From Candidatus Krumholzibacteriia bacterium (GTDB lineage: Bacteria > Krumholzibacteriota > Krumholzibacteriia > LZORAL124-64-63): 64,000 bases of DNA. Position 1 is the stretch's first letter, and each line of letters begins with the position of its first letter. The notes below the pieces were generated by a model, which was given only the letters and a program-made list of their open reading frames with translations, searched no databases and was not told the origin of the DNA. A program made the position numbers and the translations under genes. Location of the stretch: contig JBFXKG010000008.1 in assembly GCA_050174015.1 (NCBI GenBank), forward strand, positions 32,001 through 96,000. Reading direction: 5' to 3'. Of this stretch, positions 10,105-18,686 are shown in pieces.

Positions 10105-12167
10105 ACCGCAAGAGCGACGTGCGTGCGCTGGTGGTCCTGGTGGTGATCATCCTGCTGGGGATGCTGGTGGGACCCGGCCGGCGGGTGGGCGCGATGACGC
10201 CCGACGACGTGCTGACCATGAAGACCGCCGCGGTGTCCGACCTCTCCGGCGACGGGCGCTACCTCCTCTACACCGTGGGCGCATGGAACGCCGCGGATGG
10301 ACGTCGCGACCACCATCTGTACCGCCGCGACCTGGACACCGGGCAGGATCTGTTGCTGTTCACTCCCGCGGACGGCGCGCGCGGCGCGGTGTGGCGGCCG
10401 GACGGCAAGGCCATCGCCTATCTCAAGGGGGGCGCGGCCGGCGTGGACGTCTGGCTCATGGATCCGGACGGCGGGCAGCGGCGCAAGGCGAGCGCCGAAC
10501 CCGGGTCGTTCGGCGCCCTGGTCTGGTCCCCCGACGGGACCGCGCTGGCCTGGGTGGAGGCCGCCCCGGTCGGCCCTTACGAGGGCGTCCCCGACCGGAT
10601 CGTCGTCGCCGACGACGTCGGTTACCGCCACCTGGGAGACGGCTACCGCGAGGGCGCGCTGGCCCAGGTGTTCAAGCTGGAAATCGAGGACGGGACCGTG
10701 ACGCGCCTCCTGGAAGCCCCGCTGGATGCGCGCAGCTTGGCCTGGTCCCCCGACTCGGGCAGCCTGGTGGTGAGCGCCAAGGCCGAGCAGGACCTGGGCT
10801 GGAACCTGAATTCGGACCTGTGGGTGGTAGGACGCGGCGGTGGCGAGCCCCGGCGATTGACCGTCAACCCCGGCCCGGACACCGATCCCCTGTGGCTGCC
10901 CGACGGCAGGATCGCCTACCTGCGCTCGGTCGACCCTCTCTGGGAGAGCGCGCCGCTGGCGATGGCGGTCATCGATCCGGCCCTCGGCGATGCCGGCCCG
11001 ATCCAGACCCACGGCGAAGGCTTCGGGGACCGGTTCTGGCGCTTCACCCACGATCAGGGACGGTTCTTCGTGCTTGGCGCACGCCGCGGCTGCCTGGATC
11101 TGGTCGAGGTCCAGGGCGACCGGCACGCCTTCCTGACCGGCGGCGGCCACGACTTCTGGTCGGTGCGCGTGGCCGGTCCGCGCGTCGTGCTGACCGGCGC
11201 GAGCCAGACCATGCCCGGCGCGATCTTCACCGTGGATCTGGCCGAGAAGATCATGGGTCCGCATCAGCCGCGGGTCATCGTCGATCCCAACGTGAACTGG
11301 GCCCGGCGCGTGGGTCTGACCGAGCCCGAGCCTTTCACCGTCGAGGTGGATGGCCGCGCCATCGAGGGCTGGTTCTTCAAGCCCGACACCCTGGCCGAGG
11401 GGGAGAAGGCGCCCCTGGTGCTGAGCATCCACGGCGGCCCGGAGTGGATGTACGGCGGCTACTTCCTGCCCGAGTTCCACATCCTGCCCACCTTCGGCTA
11501 CGGCGTGGTGATCGCCAATCCCACCGGCAGCATGGGTTACGGCTTCGAGTTCCAGAGCGGGGTGCGCGGCGACTGGGGCGGCCGCCCCGGCCGCGAGGTC
11601 ATGGCCTGCGTGGAGCTGGCCATCGAGGAGGGCTGGGCCGATCCCCAGCGCCTCGCGGTGATGGGCGGCAGCTACGGCGGCTATCTCGCCGCCGACCTGA
11701 CCACGCAGACGGACCGGTTCAGCGCCGCGGCCGTGGACCGCATGCATCCGGACCAGATCGGGTTCTGGGGCACCACCGACGAGAAGTGGTTCCCCGAGTG
11801 GGAATTCCTGGGCCGGCCGTGGGACGAGGGCGCCCGCGAGATCTACCTGCGCAACAGCCCCATGACCCGGGTGGACCGGGTGCGCACGCCGACCCTCATC
11901 AGCCAGGGGATGCGCGACTACCGCTGCCTGATCGCCGGGGGCGAGATGTGGTTCTCCGCCCTCAGGGCCCAGGGAGTGCCGGCGCGGTTCCTGCGCTTCG
12001 CGGACGAGGGGCACGGTCTCCGCGATCCGCGGAACCAGGCGTTCTACTACAAGCAGCTGCTCGCCTGGTTCGACCGTCACGTCCTGCGCATGCACGAGGC
12101 GGAGGGGGAGGAACCGCCCATGGATGATCCCGACCACCCGGCCGGAGAATTCCCGATCAATGAGTGA
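10101..12167 (+). CDS. S9 family (prolyl oligopeptidase/acylaminoacyl) peptidase
   Basis: N-terminal hydrophobic signal, WSPDG beta-propeller repeats, IHGGP, GGSYGG, DYRC, EGHG. Confidence 0.93.
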   Translation: MNRKSDVRALVVLVVIILLGMLVGPGRRVGAMTPDDVLTMKTAAVSDLSGDGRYLLYTVGAWNAADGRRDHHLYRRDLDTGQDLLLFTPADGARGAVWRPDGKAIAYLKGGAAGVDVWLMDPDGGQRRKASAEPGSFGALVWSPDGTALAWVEAAPVGPYEGVPDRIVVADDVGYRHLGDGYREGALAQVFKLEIEDGTVTRLLEAPLDARSLAWSPDSGSLVVSAKAEQDLGWNLNSDLWVVGRGGGEPRRLTVNPGPDTDPLWLPDGRIAYLRSVDPLWESAPLAMAVIDPALGDAGPIQTHGEGFGDRFWRFTHDQGRFFVLGARRGCLDLVEVQGDRHAFLTGGGHDFWSVRVAGPRVVLTGASQTMPGAIFTVDLAEKIMGPHQPRVIVDPNVNWARRVGLTEPEPFTVEVDGRAIEGWFFKPDTLAEGEKAPLVLSIHGGPEWMYGGYFLPEFHILPTFGYGVVIANPTGSMGYGFEFQSGVRGDWGGRPGREVMACVELAIEEGWADPQRLAVMGGSYGGYLAADLTTQTDRFSAAAVDRMHPDQIGFWGTTDEKWFPEWEFLGRPWDEGAREIYLRNSPMTRVDRVRTPTLISQGMRDYRCLIAGGEMWFSALRAQGVPARFLRFADEGHGLRDPRNQAFYYKQLLAWFDRHVLRMHEAEGEEPPMDDPDHPAGEFPINE

Positions 12168-13014
12168 CGCGGCCAGGAACAGTCCGACCCCGTGGCGCCG
12201 GCTGAGCCTGTGGTCCCTCGCTGGGGCCATGGTGCTGATCATCGGCCTGAAGTCCCACGGGGGACCGGTGGTTGGGGCGCCCTGGCACCTGTTCGGCTGG
12301 CCCCTGGTCGCCCTGGGCCTGGCGGCCGCCCGACGCGCCGACGGCGGCGGCAACTGGTGGAAGACCTCCGTCCTGCTGGCCTACCTCATCGTGGTGCTGT
12401 TCTTCACCCGGATCGACGGGGACACTTCCGACGGCCACGTCCTCGAACTCGTGCTGAAGCTGGGCGTGGGAATCCTGCTCGTCCCGGCCCTGCTGGCGAA
12501 GTGGTGGCTGCGGGCCCCCCTGGACTACAGCTGGTTCGCGGGCCGCTGGTCCTGGCGGATGTGGCTGTGGCTGCCCGCGGGCTTCGTCATCGCTTACTCC
12601 TTCATGTGGCTGTACTTCAACGTGCTCACCCCGACGCTGCACCACAGCTGGCCGCTGCCCCTGCAGGGCGACCGCACCGATGCCATGTGGCGGCTGTTCT
12701 GGGGCTGCAACTTCGTGGGCGTGTGGGACGAACTGGCCTTCATCAACTTCGTGTTCGTCCTGCTGCACCGCTACTTCCGGTTCGGCGAGGCCAACCTGGC
12801 CCAGGCGGTGTTCTTCACCAGCTTCCTGCACGAGATGGCCTTCGTGGGCTGGGGCCCGGTGGTGATCTACGCCTTCGCGCTGATCCAGGGCTACACCTAC
12901 GAGAAGACCCGGTCGCTGTTCTACATCGTGATCCTTCACCTGATGATCGATTCGATCCTGTTCTACATGATCGCGAACCGGTGGTATCCGGGGTGGGGGT
13001 GGCATCCCTGGTGA
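12160..13014 (+). CDS. CPBP (CAAX/Abi-like) intramembrane glutamic endopeptidase family protein
   Basis: Multi-TM; WDELAF, FTSFLHE, EKTRSL..ILHLMID motifs; overlaps the S9 stop. Confidence 0.75.
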   Translation: MSDAARNSPTPWRRLSLWSLAGAMVLIIGLKSHGGPVVGAPWHLFGWPLVALGLAAARRADGGGNWWKTSVLLAYLIVVLFFTRIDGDTSDGHVLELVLKLGVGILLVPALLAKWWLRAPLDYSWFAGRWSWRMWLWLPAGFVIAYSFMWLYFNVLTPTLHHSWPLPLQGDRTDAMWRLFWGCNFVGVWDELAFINFVFVLLHRYFRFGEANLAQAVFFTSFLHEMAFVGWGPVVIYAFALIQGYTYEKTRSLFYIVILHLMIDSILFYMIANRWYPGWGWHPW

Positions 13015-13330
13015 GGATTGCAGTCGAGGTGACGATCGCGTCCTGGAGGCTCCGGCTGGTCGGTCCTTTTCTCCCGGTTCAATTATCATATAAGTTATTC
13101 AATAATAATGTTTTATATTCCAATCGGCTTTGAAATCCACCTTGTGTCCCTCACCCGACCCAGGGCCCGAAGACAATCCTGCCCCATCTTTGATCGTGCC
13201 ATGACATACCGAACCCGAACCCTGTCGCCGGCTGGGTGATCCGGCTCTTCACATTCGCACCATGGGGTCGTCGCACTCGATAAAGCGTCGTCCACGCCTC
13301 CAGCGCGGTCCGAGAGGGGTCATGGGATCC

Positions 13331-14551
13331 CTACGGCCCAAAATCAGGTGAGGGCAATCCCCGCGGTCTCGTCTCAGGCGCCGGCAATCCCTGCGCCCCC
13401 GGCGCGGGTATCCCCGGCTCCTTCTCGTGGATGTGCCGGTGGCAGGCGCCGCAGAGGGTGATCAGGTTGTCGGGCCTGTTCGTGCCGCCCCGGGCCCGCG
13501 GCAGGACGTGATGGACCTCCAAAAACCGGGTGTTCCTGCAACCGGGCCCCTGGCAGCGGTGGCCGTCCCGAGCCAGCACCCGCCGCCGCACCTGGGGCGG
13601 GATGGTGGCGGTGTTGCGCCCGGTCCGGGGATCGTCGCTGCGGGAATCGCAGGTCACCCGTCCGGCGTCCCCCGGGCCGAAGGTCACCTCCCCCCGGCTG
13701 GTCGCAGCCGAAAAACGGCCGCAATCGGGGCATTGGCGCACGTGAACCTGGAAAGAGGTCCCCCGGGGGCCCCTCCGGGGTGCCGGTTCGGGGGTGCCCG
13801 CGGTGAGGTCGGCGGCCCCGCCGGTCGAGGGGGTGGCCCGGGCCCCGGCCTCGGTGTCGACCTGCCCATCGGCCTGGGCGCCGGCGGCCCCTGGTTCACC
13901 GCAGCCCAGGGCGTCCTCCAGCAAGGAATCCAACCCGGCGAGGATCCGCTCGACCCGGTCCCCGCCGATTCCCGACTTTGCCAGCTTTTCCTGAAGGGCC
14001 TCGAACCGGGCGAACTGCTCGGGGGTCATCTCCAGGGACACCTTGACGGGGACGGCCGCGGCCAGCCGCCGTTCGGCCGGGGCCGCGGGGATCAGTTCCC
14101 CCTGGCCGGGTGAGGTCCTCAGGTCGGCGGCCTGGGCCCGCACCCTGGCGACGTCCTCAGCCAGTCTGCCCCTCGGGGTCGTGCAGGCCACCTTCACCCA
14201 TTCCTTCTCGGTGGCCGGGGTGGCGACCTTGATGATCTCGCGGGCCTTGGTGTAGCCGATCTTCCCGGTCTCCAGGGATTTCCTGATCTGCGGCAGATCG
14301 TCCAGTTTCCGGGCCATGCGGACGAAATCCCCGGTCCTGGTCTTCGAAAAGCCGAGCGCCTGCTGAGCGTAGATCTGGATGGAAGGGAATCCGAGATCCC
14401 GGTACAGACCGCGCGCCATGACGTCGGCGAACCAGAGGACGGCGCAGTGGCGGGCCTGGTCCATGATCCGGACGGCCTGCTGGAGGGAGGCGTGGGCGGC
14501 GGCGGCGGTCTGGCCGGGCTGGAAGACGGGGATGGGGGTGCTGGCAGGCAT
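13331..14551 (-). CDS. HNH endonuclease with DUF222-like N-terminal region
   Basis: C-terminal RRRVLARDGHRCQGPGC...LEVHHVLPRARGGTNRPDNLITLCGACHRHIHE; CPDC upstream; N-terminal LYRDLGFPSIQIYAQQALGFS...LETGKIGYTKAREI; AGGAGG RBS. Confidence 0.88.
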   Translation of the reverse strand: MPASTPIPVFQPGQTAAAAHASLQQAVRIMDQARHCAVLWFADVMARGLYRDLGFPSIQIYAQQALGFSKTRTGDFVRMARKLDDLPQIRKSLETGKIGYTKAREIIKVATPATEKEWVKVACTTPRGRLAEDVARVRAQAADLRTSPGQGELIPAAPAERRLAAAVPVKVSLEMTPEQFARFEALQEKLAKSGIGGDRVERILAGLDSLLEDALGCGEPGAAGAQADGQVDTEAGARATPSTGGAADLTAGTPEPAPRRGPRGTSFQVHVRQCPDCGRFSAATSRGEVTFGPGDAGRVTCDSRSDDPRTGRNTATIPPQVRRRVLARDGHRCQGPGCRNTRFLEVHHVLPRARGGTNRPDNLITLCGACHRHIHEKEPGIPAPGAQGLPAPETRPRGLPSPDFGP

Positions 14552-14592
14552 GCTTCTCCTCCTGGGAATCCGGGAGGAGTGGACTTGAGAAT

Positions 14593-14621
14593 ATTATAGC
14601 GAAAATTTGGCGAAATCGCAA
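14593..14621 (-). promoter_or_regulatory. Sigma70 promoter of the HNH gene
   Basis: TTGCGA-N17-TATAAT on the minus strand, with an A/T-rich UP-like tract upstream. Confidence 0.8.
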
Positions 14622-14641
14622 GGGAAAAATTGGAAAACTTA

Positions 14642-14936
14642 GAGCCCTGGCGGGGGCGAAACCTTCCCCCCCGGGGGCTCAGAATGTCGAAAACGCCATC
14701 GAAATGGGGATTTGGTGGCGATTTCCGCCTTGGGGTTGGATGATCCCCCGGCCTTCCCGCCATCCGCAGGAGTCCGTCCGGGGGCCCCACCATCCAGGAT
14801 AGGATGTGTTCCCAGGGATGGACCAACCCATGGGAACCTATCTTGACCTGAATGACTCCGTTTCTGGGTGAGGCCCCGATCCCCGATGGATTTCCGGGAT
14901 GATGTGACGGAGTTCCCCGATTTTGGCCGACGGGGA
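14642..14936 (+). ncRNA. Candidate structured RNA / hairpin cluster (unassigned)
   Basis: Six consecutive stem-loops read by eye; G-U pairs in two stems favour the + strand; no family recognised. Confidence 0.3.
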
Positions 14937-14978
14937 TTTTCTACAGCCCCGCGTCCCCGGACCCGCTACAATCCCCCC

Positions 14979-15824
14979 ATGAATACCTCGCGGACACGAC
15001 CGTCCCCGGCCGTCCCGACGGCCATGCTGGCCCTCGTCCTCGCCGCCTGCACCGGAGCGGCGGATCAGGCCTCCTGGACCGAACTGGAGCCTGGACTCCA
15101 GCTGGCCGTGTTCGACTCCCGCACGCTTGCGTCCGCGACGGACGGCGACCTGACCATCCTGAGGATCGATACCGGGCGGTGGTCCCTGGCCCTGCTCACG
15201 GCCGGGATGGCCGGCGACGATGCAGCCCGCACGCTCCAGCAGTGGTGCGACGAGTTCGGGCTCACGGCCGCCATCAACGCCGGCATGTACCAGGCGGACT
15301 ACAAGACCCACGTGGGGTTCTGCCAGGTCGATGGCAAGGTGCTGAACCGCGCAGCCAACGACTACCTTTCCGCCCTCGCGATCGACCCGGTGGATGAGGA
15401 CGATCCTCGGGTGCGCCTCTTCGATCTGGACGAGACCGACCTGGCGGACGTGGCCGCCCGCTATCGCACCGTGGTGCAGAACCTGAGGCTGATCAAGCAT
15501 CCGCGCGAGAACCGCTGGCAGCCGGCGAGCGACCGCTGGAACGAGGCAGCCCTGGCGGTGGATGGGTCCGGCCGCATCCTCCTGGTCCAGTGCACGACGC
15601 CGCTGAGCATGCACGACTTCAATGCGGCGCTGCTGGGGCTGCCACTGGACGTCATCTCCGCCCAGCACCTCGAGGGGAACCTTCCGGCCCGCCTGTGGAT
15701 CGCCCATCCGGCCGCCCGGGGCCTGAAAACGCAGCAGGGACCGCCTGGGCGGCCCCTGCCGTTCGTGCTGGGTGTGCGTCCCCGTGAAGGGGAGGTCAGC
15801 GAACCAGGACGACCCGACCGATGA
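14979..15824 (+). CDS. Phosphodiester glycosidase (NAGPA-like) family lipoprotein
   Basis: Lipobox LAAC; AAINAGMY and AQHLEGN motifs; TACAAT 6 nt upstream of ATG (possibly leaderless). Confidence 0.7.
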   Translation: MNTSRTRPSPAVPTAMLALVLAACTGAADQASWTELEPGLQLAVFDSRTLASATDGDLTILRIDTGRWSLALLTAGMAGDDAARTLQQWCDEFGLTAAINAGMYQADYKTHVGFCQVDGKVLNRAANDYLSALAIDPVDEDDPRVRLFDLDETDLADVAARYRTVVQNLRLIKHPRENRWQPASDRWNEAALAVDGSGRILLVQCTTPLSMHDFNAALLGLPLDVISAQHLEGNLPARLWIAHPAARGLKTQQGPPGRPLPFVLGVRPREGEVSEPGRPDR

Positions 15825-18387
15825 GATCGGATCCCCCCGTCCGGACCTTCACGAAGTAGACTCCGCTGGCGGCCGAGGCACCCCGGCCGTTCTTCCCGTC
15901 CCACACCAGGACCTGGACGCCCTGGCCCAGGTAGCCCGAATGCAGGCGGCGCACCAAGGCGCCGCGGGCGTCGAAGACGTCCACCGAGACGTCGCCGGCT
16001 GCTGGCCTGGTCAGTTCCAGTTGGGCCGTGCCGCCGGTGGCGCCCAGGACGCGCAAACTCGTGCCGAGAGCCACTCCGTCCACGGCGCTGGTGTCGTCGA
16101 CGAGGATCGCAGTCGGTTCGCACAGCAGGCTGCGGTCGGTCGGATCGGCGGCGTAGGCGCGCCACCAGTAGGTGCCGTCGGGCAGGGTGGGGGCGGTCCA
16201 GAGGGTGGCCCCTTCGTTTCCCTCGGGCACGTCGTCCACCGCAGCAACGAGCTGGGTACACAGGGCGTCGGAGTAGACCCGGAACCCGTACAGGATCGGG
16301 TCACCCTCGGGGTCGGTCGAGTTGATGACCGTCAGCACGTGAGGATCCGGCAAGGCCCCGCCGATCCCCGAAGGGGGGGCCGGCTCCGGCACAGTCGGCG
16401 GCTGGTTCGAGCTGCCGGCGCCGTAGAGCATCACGTCGTCGATGTACCAGCCGTCCTCGGTCACCGAGTAGTCGGTGTCCAGCAGGAACCGGAGGCCGAG
16501 GTCCTGGCCGGCATAGGCGCTCAGATCGATGTCCTTGAACACCCAGGAATTCTGGAAGCCGGTGTAGGTCTCCACGGTGCTCCAGGGGCCGCCGTCGGCG
16601 GAGATCTGGACGTAGCCGTAGTCCCAGCCCGACTCGATCGCGTAGCCGGTCCAGAAGGTCAGACGCGTGGCCTGGAAGGTCCCGTCGAGGGTTGCGGAGG
16701 TCGAAGTCTGGTCGGAGTAGTCCCCGGCCGGGCTGTCGGTCAGGGACTGGGACGGGGAGTGGGCGTAGGTCGCCGTCGTGTTCCAGGTCCCGGTGCGGGT
16801 CCAGTTGCCCGCGCCGCCCTCGAAGTCGTCGGCGAAGACCGCGACGGGCTGGCCGACCGTGAAGGCCAGGTCGAAGTCCAGATCGCCGGCGGACGAGGAC
16901 ACCGTCACGGTCAGTTCCACGGGGTGGCCGGGGGGACAGGCCGGATCGACGGTGAAGGGAATCGGGTCGGCGGCGAAGTCCACCGAACCCATGGCGGGCA
17001 GGGAGCCGAAGGCGCGCTGGGCCTCGGTGAACTGCACCCAGGGGTCGTCCGTCGAGATGGTGATCGTGCCTGCGGGAGCGCTGCCGATGACACCCTGGTT
17101 CTCGAGGGTGAAGCTGAGCTCGCCGTTGTCGCCGGGGTCGACGGCTTTGGCCGCGGCGTTCACCACCGCCGAATGCACCGCCAGGAAGGGCCCGGCCACG
17201 CGCATCAGGTAGATGTGGGGCCAGATGTTCTCCTGGAACAGGGGGCCCCGGCGGGATTCGCTGGGCCAGAAACCGTCGCTGCTGCCGCCGATCTCCGAGC
17301 TGAATGCCAGCATCTTGGCATGCTCGTTCTGGGCCCCGTAGGACCAGTCGAAGGATCCGCCGTTGACCTCGTAGAGGACCTCGCCGGGCTGCCCGAAGGT
17401 GTACCCGTTCCGGCTGCACATGACCGCCGCCATCATGTCGAACTTGGCGTCGTCGGAGGTTCCGGCGGTGTGGAAACCCCAGGGGTACAGCAGCAGGTTG
17501 CTGTAGGTGTGGACGGAGTTCCCCACCACGAACTCGCGCCCGTTGATGAAGGCCATCATGGCCTGGGTCTCGGGTTCGCTGCCGGCGGCGGGGCCGCGGT
17601 AGAGGTCGCTGCTGGGAGTGGGACTGCTGCCGACGTCGTCGTAGGCCCACTGGTAGGGATAGTTGCGGTTCAGATCGACCCCGTAGCTGCTTCCGTTGTT
17701 GCGCCGGTTCTTGCGCCACATCCCGCCGCCGTTGGGATTGGTCGATTCGTTGTAGGCCACCCCGTCGGGATTCACGATGGGCACGAGGTAGAGCTCGCGG
17801 TTGTCCACCAGCCAGGTGATCTCGGGATCCGTGCCGTAGTTCTGCGCCAGGTACTCGGCGAACATGATGGGAAACTCGCTGGCCATGATCTCGCGGGCGT
17901 GGTGCATGCCGTCGATGAGGATCTCGGGCTCGTCCTCGTCCACGTCCGGATTGTCGGAGACCTTGAAGGCCCAGATGTCGCGCCCTTCGTGGGTCTGTCC
18001 GAGGGACCACTTCTCGCTGACCACCTGGGGATAGAGCAGCCGCAGGCTGTCGATGAAGGCCGCGTTCTCGGCATAGGTGTGCCAGATCCCGAAGTTGGTG
18101 ACCTTGTCGCCGAACGAAAACCGGGTCTCCATGTCCTCGACCAGGACCCGGAATTCGAGGCCGGCCTCCCGCAGGAGATCGAGCGCTTCCTTGGTGGCGG
18201 CGATCTGGACGCTCTGGCCGGGCTTGCGGGTCAGGACGTCGAGCCGGCCCTGGTGGTCGCGGATGAAGGCGTCGGCGGCCGGCGACTGGATGTCGACCTC
18301 GATCAGGGTGTGGTGGCCGGTTGCGGCCGAAGCGGGTAGGGCGACCAGTGCCAGCAGCAAGGCCAGGCACAGGGTGACGCGGTGCAT
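15796..18387 (-). CDS. Secreted M14 zinc carboxypeptidase (carboxypeptidase T-like) with beta-sandwich domains and C-terminal FlgD-Ig-like domain
   Basis: Signal peptide MHRVTLCLALLL; HHARE, NPDG, WRKNR, DLNRNY, SEPET, HTY; C-terminal FDARGALVRR...WDGKN...GVYFVKV; GGGAGG RBS. Confidence 0.92.
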   Translation of the reverse strand: MHRVTLCLALLLALVALPASAATGHHTLIEVDIQSPAADAFIRDHQGRLDVLTRKPGQSVQIAATKEALDLLREAGLEFRVLVEDMETRFSFGDKVTNFGIWHTYAENAAFIDSLRLLYPQVVSEKWSLGQTHEGRDIWAFKVSDNPDVDEDEPEILIDGMHHAREIMASEFPIMFAEYLAQNYGTDPEITWLVDNRELYLVPIVNPDGVAYNESTNPNGGGMWRKNRRNNGSSYGVDLNRNYPYQWAYDDVGSSPTPSSDLYRGPAAGSEPETQAMMAFINGREFVVGNSVHTYSNLLLYPWGFHTAGTSDDAKFDMMAAVMCSRNGYTFGQPGEVLYEVNGGSFDWSYGAQNEHAKMLAFSSEIGGSSDGFWPSESRRGPLFQENIWPHIYLMRVAGPFLAVHSAVVNAAAKAVDPGDNGELSFTLENQGVIGSAPAGTITISTDDPWVQFTEAQRAFGSLPAMGSVDFAADPIPFTVDPACPPGHPVELTVTVSSSAGDLDFDLAFTVGQPVAVFADDFEGGAGNWTRTGTWNTTATYAHSPSQSLTDSPAGDYSDQTSTSATLDGTFQATRLTFWTGYAIESGWDYGYVQISADGGPWSTVETYTGFQNSWVFKDIDLSAYAGQDLGLRFLLDTDYSVTEDGWYIDDVMLYGAGSSNQPPTVPEPAPPSGIGGALPDPHVLTVINSTDPEGDPILYGFRVYSDALCTQLVAAVDDVPEGNEGATLWTAPTLPDGTYWWRAYAADPTDRSLLCEPTAILVDDTSAVDGVALGTSLRVLGATGGTAQLELTRPAAGDVSVDVFDARGALVRRLHSGYLGQGVQVLVWDGKNGRGASAASGVYFVKVRTGGSDLIGRVVLVR

Positions 18388-18462
18388 GTGGAGCCTCCCA
18401 GGACGGGTTTCAGGAAGGATCGTCGAACCCAATCCCCCGATGATGTCACGGTTTGGAAAGTA

Positions 18463-18491
18463 ATCATACCAGATCGCAGCCCAGCGGACAA
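18463..18491 (-). promoter_or_regulatory. Sigma70 promoter of the M14 peptidase gene
   Basis: TTGTCC-N17-TATGAT with extended -10 TG. Confidence 0.6.
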
Positions 18492-18496
18492 TGTCC

Positions 18497-18544
18497 GGGT
18501 GGAACCCTTGTCCGGGTGGAAACTGGGGTGGACCCAGGGGTGGA
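18497..18544. repeat. Four direct GGGTGGA repeats
   Basis: Copies at 18497, 18514, 18526 and 18538 (spacing 17, 12, 12). Confidence 0.8.
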
Positions 18545-18617
18545 CCCGGGACGCCGCCATGGTGCCCCCGCGACGGCGCCGGCATGACCCCGCCGCCCGG
18601 GGAATCTCCGCAAAGTC

Positions 18618-18648
18618 AAAAGGGGGCCTCGGTTGCCCCGCGACCCCC
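18618..18648 (-). terminator. Intrinsic terminator after mdh
   Basis: GGGGGTC..CGG-ggcaa-CCG.GGCCCCC followed by TTTT on the minus strand. Confidence 0.6.
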
Positions 18649-18686
18649 AGGCTGTTCCGGGCCCAACACGGCCCATCCGGACCGGA

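Noticed and set aside
13113..13295. 60-aa ORF downstream of the HNH gene as an immunity/antitoxin gene
   Set aside because: GTG start with only a closely spaced GGAGG, atypical codons and no motif; cannot be supported
13331..14551. IscB/Cas9/TnpB identity for the HNH protein
   Set aside because: No PLMP N-terminus, no recognisable RuvC motifs and no adjacent repeat array
14652..14792. tmRNA/tRNA-like ends (GGGGGCG... and ...CCCCACCA)
   Set aside because: No T-loop (GTTCRA), wrong length and no tag reading frame
18492..18550. Mini CRISPR array
   Set aside because: Repeats are only 7-13 nt with no spacer-length unique sequence, and there are no cas genes
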